A stretch of 59,846 nt of DNA, the filler included. It is 4 parts of 4 records of this genome, joined end to end, with 100 filler letters (N's around TTAATTAATTAA, not from the genome) between each part and the next. Parts side by side here need not be neighbours in the genome. Positions count along the whole stretch, not along the records: positions 51,584 to 59,846 come from SRR31147125_14495; 3 more parts are not named here. The stretch is one strand, 5' to 3'. Every line of letters starts with the position of its first letter. Within the stretch, counting starts at the first letter, position 1. A program made the translations under genes and the position numbers. The notes beneath the pieces are model-generated. The model had not been told where the DNA came from, did not search any database, and saw nothing but the letters and a program-made list of their open reading frames with translations. Shown here piece after piece: positions 53,825 to 59,846 of the stretch.

Positions 53825-55069
53825 ATGATGCATGTAAAAAAACAAGCTGAGCTTGCAAAAGAAGGAAGCTTTGAGCTTGGTATAATGGGTACTAGCAAAA
53901 AAAACGACATTCTTTTAGCGATTGCTAATGCTTTGGTTGAAAATTCTGAATATATATTGGAACAAAATAATATTGACATAGAAAATGCAAAACAAGAGGG
54001 AATATCAGAATCGCTCATAGATAGGCTAATGCTTAATGAAAAGAGAATAGAGGGTATGGCTAATGGGCTTAGGCAAGTAGCTTCACTAAACGACCCTATT
54101 GGTGATGTTGTTTTTACTAACAAATTAGAAAATGGTCTTACTGTTGGTAAAAAGCGTGTTCCTATGGGTGTTGTTGGAATTATTTACGAAGCAAGACCAA
54201 ATGTTACTGCAGATGCTATTGGGCTTTGTATTAAAACAGGCAATGCGGTCGTGCTACGTGGTGGCAGAGTTGCTAACTTTTCTAACAGAGCTATAGTGAA
54301 GGTTGCTGATAAAGCGGCTACGGAGGCTGGTATGCCTTCTGGATGCATTCAGCTTTTAGAGGATATAAGCAGAGAAGCTGCTACATATATGATGACATTA
54401 AACGGACTTATAAGTGTGCTTATCCCAAGAGGTGGGGCTGGGCTTATTCAATCTGTTGTTAAAAACGCAACAGTACCTGTTATAGAAACAGGAGTAGGTA
54501 ATTGCCACGTTTATATTGACGATAGTGCTAAGGTAGACATGGGTGTAGATATTATTGTAAATGCTAAAGCACAAAGACCATCTGTATGTAATGCAGCCGA
54601 GAATCTTTTGGTTTCAAAATCTATCGCTAAAGAATTTTTACCTTTAGCAGTAAAAAAGCTAAGAGAACAAAATGTTGAAATTAGAGGTTGTGAAGAAACT
54701 CAAGAGATTATAAAGGATGCTATACCTACTACTGATGAGGATTATTATACAGAATACCTTGATTATATTATCTCTATTAAGGTAGTAGATGATGTTGATG
54801 AGGCGATTGAACATATCAATAAATATGGTTCATCTCATTCGGAATGTATTGTTACATCTGATTACTTCAATTCAAAAAAATTCTTGGATAAGGTGGATGC
54901 GGCAGTTGTTTATGTAAATGCTTCTACTAGGTTTACAGATGGTGAAATGTTTGGCTTTGGCGCGGAAATTGGTATATCAACTCAAAAACTGCATGCAAGA
55001 GGACCTATGGGACTTAATGAGTTAACGACTGTAAAATATGTAGTTGAAGGAAATGGGCAGATTAGATAA
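53825..55069 (+). CDS. proA: Gamma-glutamyl phosphate reductase
   Basis: GIIYEARPNVT, IPRGGAGLI, ETGVGNCH, RPSVCNA, NASTRFTDG, GAEIGISTQKLHARGPMGL. Confidence 0.97.
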   Translation: MMHVKKQAELAKEGSFELGIMGTSKKNDILLAIANALVENSEYILEQNNIDIENAKQEGISESLIDRLMLNEKRIEGMANGLRQVASLNDPIGDVVFTNKLENGLTVGKKRVPMGVVGIIYEARPNVTADAIGLCIKTGNAVVLRGGRVANFSNRAIVKVADKAATEAGMPSGCIQLLEDISREAATYMMTLNGLISVLIPRGGAGLIQSVVKNATVPVIETGVGNCHVYIDDSAKVDMGVDIIVNAKAQRPSVCNAAENLLVSKSIAKEFLPLAVKKLREQNVEIRGCEETQEIIKDAIPTTDEDYYTEYLDYIISIKVVDDVDEAIEHINKYGSSHSECIVTSDYFNSKKFLDKVDAAVVYVNASTRFTDGEMFGFGAEIGISTQKLHARGPMGLNELTTVKYVVEGNGQIR

Positions 55070-55116
55070 TAAACTTTTAATATAAGACAGAGTTTATTTA
55101 AATGAATATTTGAAAT

Positions 55117-55160
55117 AAAACAAGAGAGTATAATGTTTAGCTATACTCTCTTTTGGTTTT
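55117..55160. terminator. Hairpin between convergent proA and GGDEF genes
   Basis: AAGAGAGTATA...TATACTCTCTT with flanking A/T runs. Confidence 0.6.
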
Positions 55161-55175
55161 TCATAAAAAATAATT

Positions 55176-56135
55176 TTATATAACTGTATTCTTGCCAAAC
55201 TTTTTAGCTTTATATAGCCTAACATCTGCAAGGTTAAGAATGCCATCAATAGTATCAGATTCCTCGCACGAAGCAACTCCCGCACTCACTGACGATTTTA
55301 TTTCGTTATCCTCAATGTTGAATACATGAGAGCCAATAATTTTTATTATTCTCTCAGTAGTAGACTTACTTTGTTCTAGGTCTATGCCTTTATAACAAAT
55401 TACAAATTCATCGCCGCCGAATCTATATACAGAATCCATTGGTCTAATGGCACTCTCAAATAAAATTGCGACCTGCTTTAATACAAAATCTCCTATGCTA
55501 TGACCATAGGAATCGTTTATTTGCTTAAAATCGTCTAAATCTAAAAATGCAATGCAGAAAAAATCGCCACTTCTTTTAGAGTTATTATAAAAATGCATAT
55601 TTGAACTTAAATCTGCGTGCATTTTACGTTTATTATTGATTCCAGTTGTTTGATCCAGTTCTGATTTTGTTTGATAAGCATTTTTGGACTCTAAAAGTTT
55701 TCTGTTAGCTTCTTCTAATTGATATTCGATTCTTTTTTGATTATCGATATTTGAAGATATTCCCCAAACTCCAATAACCTCTCCACTCTTGTTTATTAAA
55801 GGATATTTTGAAACCTTATACCAAGTCACCTTGCCGTTGGCTTGTATTAATTTTTCTTCTTTATCTAAAAGAAAGGTTTTTTCATTGATGATTTTTTGCT
55901 CGTCTTTAAATGTTACATCAGCAAACTCTTTTGGGTAAAAATCATAATCGGTTTTTCCAATAACATCTTCAATATTTGTTTGATTAAATGCAGCTAATAG
56001 TGCATCATTTATATAAGCAAATTTACCATGAGTATCTTTAAAGAAAAAATATTCATGCGTACTAATTACTGTTTTAAATAAGTACTCATATTCAATATCA
56101 GAAAAACTAGAAAAAATAATATCTATCTTATGCAT
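55176..56135 (-). CDS. PAS-GGDEF diguanylate cyclase
   Basis: PAS (FKDTHGKFAYIN..GKTDYDFYP), DLDDFKQINDSYGH, RPMD I-site, RFGGDEF. Confidence 0.93.
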   Translation of the reverse strand: MHKIDIIFSSFSDIEYEYLFKTVISTHEYFFFKDTHGKFAYINDALLAAFNQTNIEDVIGKTDYDFYPKEFADVTFKDEQKIINEKTFLLDKEEKLIQANGKVTWYKVSKYPLINKSGEVIGVWGISSNIDNQKRIEYQLEEANRKLLESKNAYQTKSELDQTTGINNKRKMHADLSSNMHFYNNSKRSGDFFCIAFLDLDDFKQINDSYGHSIGDFVLKQVAILFESAIRPMDSVYRFGGDEFVICYKGIDLEQSKSTTERIIKIIGSHVFNIEDNEIKSSVSAGVASCEESDTIDGILNLADVRLYKAKKFGKNTVI

Positions 56136-56269
56136 TTTAAAACCACCCAAAGTTTTTACATAACTATAACAACATTATATCAATTAGAATAATAAATATC
56201 AAGACCACCAGTAGTTGTTTTAAAAAATGAAGTCGGCTGATTTGCTGCTATGTATATATTGAAAACACC

Positions 56270-57132
56270 TTATAACAACCCAGTAGTCTTTAGAATTTCA
56301 AGACTAGCTTCGTATGTGTTCATGGTATAAAGATGTATTCCGTCAACACCATTATCAACAAGCTTATTAACTTGATTAACAGCGTATTCAAGCCCGCGTT
56401 TTTTGAATTCGTCTTCGTCATTTCCATAAAGTGCAATCATTTTTGAAAGATTAGAAGGTATGCAACAACCAGAAAGTGAGACCATACGCAAGATTTGTTT
56501 TGATTGTAATACTGGCATAACTCCAATGCTTATTGGTATAGTTATACCAAAAGATTTTGCGTTGTCTAAAAATCTTAGTATTGTATCAGTGTCAAAACAA
56601 AGTTGAGTATTTAGTCTTGTAGCTCCAAGGTCCTGCTTTAGTTTAAGATACTTTAAATCATCCTGTTTGCTCTTGCTTTGGGGTGTGCTTCTGGATAAGC
56701 TGCTGCCATTACATGCAAGTCATCTTTTTTTTCGATATACTTAATCAAATCTGTAGCGTACGAAAAATGTGTAAAAGCACTGTTTTTTTCCATGTCTTTA
56801 GGAATATCACCGCGCAAAGCTAGTATATTCTGTATTCCGTTTTCTTTCATATCGCGTAATACTTCATCGATTGCTTTTTCATCAGCACCAACACATGTAA
56901 GATGAGCAAGCGGTTCGATGCCATATTTTGATTTTATCTTTGATGCAATATAGACGGTTTTATCTCTTCCGCTTCCACCAGCACCGTATGTAACACTAAT
57001 AAATGATGGATCGGCTTTTTTTAGTTGATCAATAGTCTTAAAAAGATTATCGATGGATGGTTGAGTTTTTGGAGGGAAAACCTCAAATGAGACCATTGTT
57101 TTTTTGTTTTTGTTTATTTCATTTATATTCAA
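56270..57132 (-). CDS. metF: 5,10-methylenetetrahydrofolate reductase, frameshift at ~56680
   Basis: SFEVFPPK, SVTYGAGG, AHLTC, LALRGD, AYPEAHP; shifted frame TQLCFD, GVMPV, GIHLYTMN. Confidence 0.93.
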
Positions 57133-57186
57133 AAGAAAAACTCCTCGATATTTTTGTATTAGGCATAATATTTATAGCAACAAAGA

Positions 57187-57215
57187 TTGAAAAAACCTTT
57201 GATATAGTATATATT
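57187..57215 (+). promoter_or_regulatory. sigmaA-type promoter of the methionine synthase genes
   Basis: TTGAAA-17 bp-TATATT. Confidence 0.45.
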
Positions 57216-57281
57216 AAACTTTAGCAATAAGCAATAACTAACAAAGTATTTTGAATGTATATTGATTGAAAGGTTTTCGTT

Positions 57282-57899
57282 TTGGAGTACATAGAGTTTC
57301 CTTTTATACCACAAAAACCAACAGAAAAATCTGTATACGCAAGGCTTGGTTATTCAAAGAATACGGAAGTATCCGAGAAAGAAATGCAAAGATTTAAAAA
57401 AGCCTTTGCAGTTTCCTCTAATCTTTGTAGACCAAAGGCTAGGTGTATGGTTTTGGATATCGTTTCGAAGAATATAGACCATGTGGTCGTGGATGAAAAT
57501 ATTGTACTAGAAAGCAAAATATTTAGCAAAATGGTTGAGAATTGTCAAAGCATATTGCTTATGGCGGCGACGATAGATAAAAGTGTAGCAGATAAGATTA
57601 GCTATGAAATTAAGGATGGCGACAGAGTTTTTGGCATAATACTTGATGCTTATGCGTCGGAATGTGTTGATGATTGTTTTGATTATATTATGAAATACTG
57701 TGCGTCATTGTTTAGCAGGCAGAATAAGAAAATAACCAAAAGAAGATTTAGTCCTGGATATGGTGGTATGGATATTAGATATCAAAAGGATTTTTATGAT
57801 ATTTTAAAGCTAGAACAGTTGGATGTGAAAATAATGGATAGTTTTATACTTTTGCCAGAAAAAACAGTAATAGCAATGGCAGGAATACAGGATATATAG
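57282..57899 (+). CDS. Stand-alone B12-dependent methionine synthase activation domain
   Basis: LMAATI, LDAYASECVD, RRFSPGYG, LLPEKTVIAMAGI. Confidence 0.88.
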   Translation: MEYIEFPFIPQKPTEKSVYARLGYSKNTEVSEKEMQRFKKAFAVSSNLCRPKARCMVLDIVSKNIDHVVVDENIVLESKIFSKMVENCQSILLMAATIDKSVADKISYEIKDGDRVFGIILDAYASECVDDCFDYIMKYCASLFSRQNKKITKRRFSPGYGGMDIRYQKDFYDILKLEQLDVKIMDSFILLPEKTVIAMAGIQDI

Positions 57900-57942
57900 A
57901 CATAAAAACATGTTGAAAATATGAAAGGACAAAAATATACAG

Positions 57943-59846
57943 ATGAAGCATAATAAGGTTATTGATTATATAAAAAATAATATTACATTTTTGGATGGAG
58001 CGACGGGAACGTTTCTTCAAAAAAACGGACTTAAAACTGGGGAATGCCCAGAACAGTTTGTTATTGAAAACCCAAGCGTAATACAAACTTTGCAAAAAGC
58101 ATATGTCGATGCTGGAAGTGATGTTGTATATACGTGCACTTTTGGTGCGAATTCTAAAAAGCTTAAGCAATACGGATTAGCGGATAAAACATATGAGATG
58201 AACAAAGAACTTGCGCAGATCAGTAAGCAAGTTGGAGCTAGATTTGTTGGTGGAGATATTGGCAGTATTGGAGAGTTTATAGAGCCGATTGGAGAGATGA
58301 CTTTTGAAGAAGCTGTTGATATATTTAAAGAGCAAATAAAAGGACTTGTTGATGGCGGGGTAGACCTTATTGCAATAGAAACTATGATGGATATAAGAGA
58401 AGCGCGCGCGGCAGTTATTGCGGCGAAAGAGGTTTCTGATATACCTGTTTTTGTTACTATGACCTTTGATGAAAACGGAAGAACGCTGACTGGTTCTAGT
58501 CCAAAGGCATGTGCAGTTACACTTCAAGCTGTTGGTGCGGATGCTGTAGGTATGAACTGCTCTACAGGACCAAAGGAAATGGTACAGAATGTTATAGACA
58601 TGAAATCAGTTTTGGATATTCCTCTTGTTGTAAAGCCTAATGCTGGCTTGCCTCAGCTAATAGATGGAAAAACAGTATTTAACCTTTCGGAAAAAGACTT
58701 TGCTGATGACATGCTAAAGCTTTGTGAGTTTGGTGTGGATATCGTTGGTGGTTGTTGTGGTACTGACGAGAGATACATTGATGCTTTAAAGAATATACTA
58801 AAGAATAAGGATTTAATTTCAAAAAAAGAGACCGAAAATTCAATGGTTTCATCTGCATTTGATGTATGCGAAATAAGCAATGATGATAAACTTTTTATTA
58901 TTGGAGAGAGAATTAATCCTACTGGAAAAAAGGAGTTGAAAGAAAAACTCAAGCAAAACGATATGTCAATTGTGATGGATTATGCTCAAGAGCAACTCCA
59001 AGCTGGTGCTGATGTTTTGGATGTAAACGTTGGTGCTGTTGGGCTAGATGAACAAAAGCTTATGAAAGAAGCGATTAACTCACTAAGTACGACAATAAGA
59101 CTTCCGTTATGTATTGATTCCTCTGATGTGGAAACAGTTGAAACTGCACTAAGGATTTATCCGGGCAGAGCAATAATAAATTCAATATCTTTAGAAAAAG
59201 ACAAGGCACAAAAGATGTTGCCGCTTGCTAAAAAATATGGTGCTATGTTTATTTTGCTTACGATAGGTAAAGAGGGCATACCCGAAACAGGTGAGGAAAG
59301 AATAGAGATTATAAAAGAGCTTTATGGGCTTGCAAAAACCCATGGTCTTACAAAGCAAGATATCTTAGTTGATGGTCTTGCTTTTGCAATATCCTCATCT
59401 AAGACAGCAGCAAGCGAAACCTTTAAAGTTATAAAGTGGTGTAAAGAAAACGGTTTTAAAACAGTGCTTGGGGTTTCAAATAGCTCATTTGGTTTGCCGC
59501 AAAGAAGATGGATTAATGCATCTTATCTTACTTGTGCTATGTCGCTTGGGCTTACTTGTGCTATAATAAACCCGTGTGAAGAACTTTTAATGAACACAGC
59601 ACTTTCTGCTGCTGCTGTACTGGGCAGAGATAAGGATTACAATAACTATATAAGTGGTGTTTCTGATACAGAAGTTAAAAACAAAGAGAAAGAGGAAGCT
59701 TTAACCATATACGATGCTGTACTAAAGGGTGCTGATGCGCTAAGTTTAGTCGATGAACAACTGAAAGATCGCAAGATTGAAGATATAATTAATGAAGATA
59801 TTATAGGTGCGCTAAACAAGGTTGGAGACTTGTTTGCAGAAAAAAA
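57943..59846 (+). CDS. metH: B12-dependent methionine synthase (Hcy-binding + pterin-binding + cap), runs off the window
   Basis: FLDGATGT, AIETMMD, GMNCSTGP, KPNAGLP, GGCCGT, IGERINPTGKK, LCIDSS, LGVSNSSFGLP; not in the track because it has no stop in the window. Confidence 0.93.
   Translation, partial: MKHNKVIDYIKNNITFLDGATGTFLQKNGLKTGECPEQFVIENPSVIQTLQKAYVDAGSDVVYTCTFGANSKKLKQYGLADKTYEMNKELAQISKQVGARFVGGDIGSIGEFIEPIGEMTFEEAVDIFKEQIKGLVDGGVDLIAIETMMDIREARAAVIAAKEVSDIPVFVTMTFDENGRTLTGSSPKACAVTLQAVGADAVGMNCSTGPKEMVQNVIDMKSVLDIPLVVKPNAGLPQLIDGKTVFNLSEKDFADDMLKLCEFGVDIVGGCCGTDERYIDALKNILKNKDLISKKETENSMVSSAFDVCEISNDDKLFIIGERINPTGKKELKEKLKQNDMSIVMDYAQEQLQAGADVLDVNVGAVGLDEQKLMKEAINSLSTTIRLPLCIDSSDVETVETALRIYPGRAIINSISLEKDKAQKMLPLAKKYGAMFILLTIGKEGIPETGEERIEIIKELYGLAKTHGLTKQDILVDGLAFAISSSKTAASETFKVIKWCKENGFKTVLGVSNSSFGLPQRRWINASYLTCAMSLGLTCAIINPCEELLMNTALSAAAVLGRDKDYNNYISGVSDTEVKNKEKEEALTIYDAVLKGADALSLVDEQLKDRKIEDIINEDIIGALNKVGDLFAEK

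Noticed and set aside
53825-55069. proA without adjacent proB
   Set aside because: Unlinked proA and proB is common and the contig is short
1-59846. CRISPR arrays, tRNA/rRNA, transposases, integrases
   Set aside because: None recognised by eye; short elements could have been missed without covariance-model searches

Overview
This window is not one continuous genome segment. It is four contigs joined by artificial N-run/TTAATTAATTAA/N-run linkers (16503-16602, 42421-42520, 51484-51583), probably from different organisms. Many genes are split by 1-2 nt indels in homopolymers, most likely sequencing errors. Contig 1 (1-16502, Clostridia-like) is a minus-strand sugar-utilisation locus: ABC transporter, Zn-ADH, Gfo/Idh/MocA, GHL6/GH151-like hydrolase, aldo-keto reductase, Dabb, PMI-like cupin, YesM/YesN and GH78 rhamnosidase. 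Contig 2 (16603-42420, diderm) holds the most interesting element, a co-oriented cluster of a POTRA-less Omp85 barrel, an exported HipA/PI3-4K-like kinase lipoprotein, a metallophosphoesterase lipoprotein, an NTT (TLC ATP/ADP translocase family) carrier flanked by two remnants of another NTT, an NTT-HEAT fusion and a stand-alone cNMP-binding protein. A giant hybrid PAS/GAF histidine kinase and a receiver protein bracket it. I infer a candidate extracytoplasmic ATP-supplied phosphorylation or nucleotide-handling system. The same contig carries an SDR, an orphan SdhA/NadB-type flavoprotein, XRE-cupin, acyl-CoA ligase, an FBPase remnant and a CBM9/DUF5916 protein. Contig 3 (42521-51483, AT-rich diderm) has a beta-barrel, a 53-aa small protein, a SPOR-like protein, an OmpR two-component pair and an active/inactive DUF3857-transglutaminase pair. 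Contig 4 (51584-59846, Clostridia-like) has a repeat protein with an in-frame amber codon, yebC, a BofC-like gene, proA, PAS-GGDEF, metF and a split metH. No rRNA, tRNA, CRISPR array or transposase was seen. All family calls are by-eye motif recognition, not database searches.
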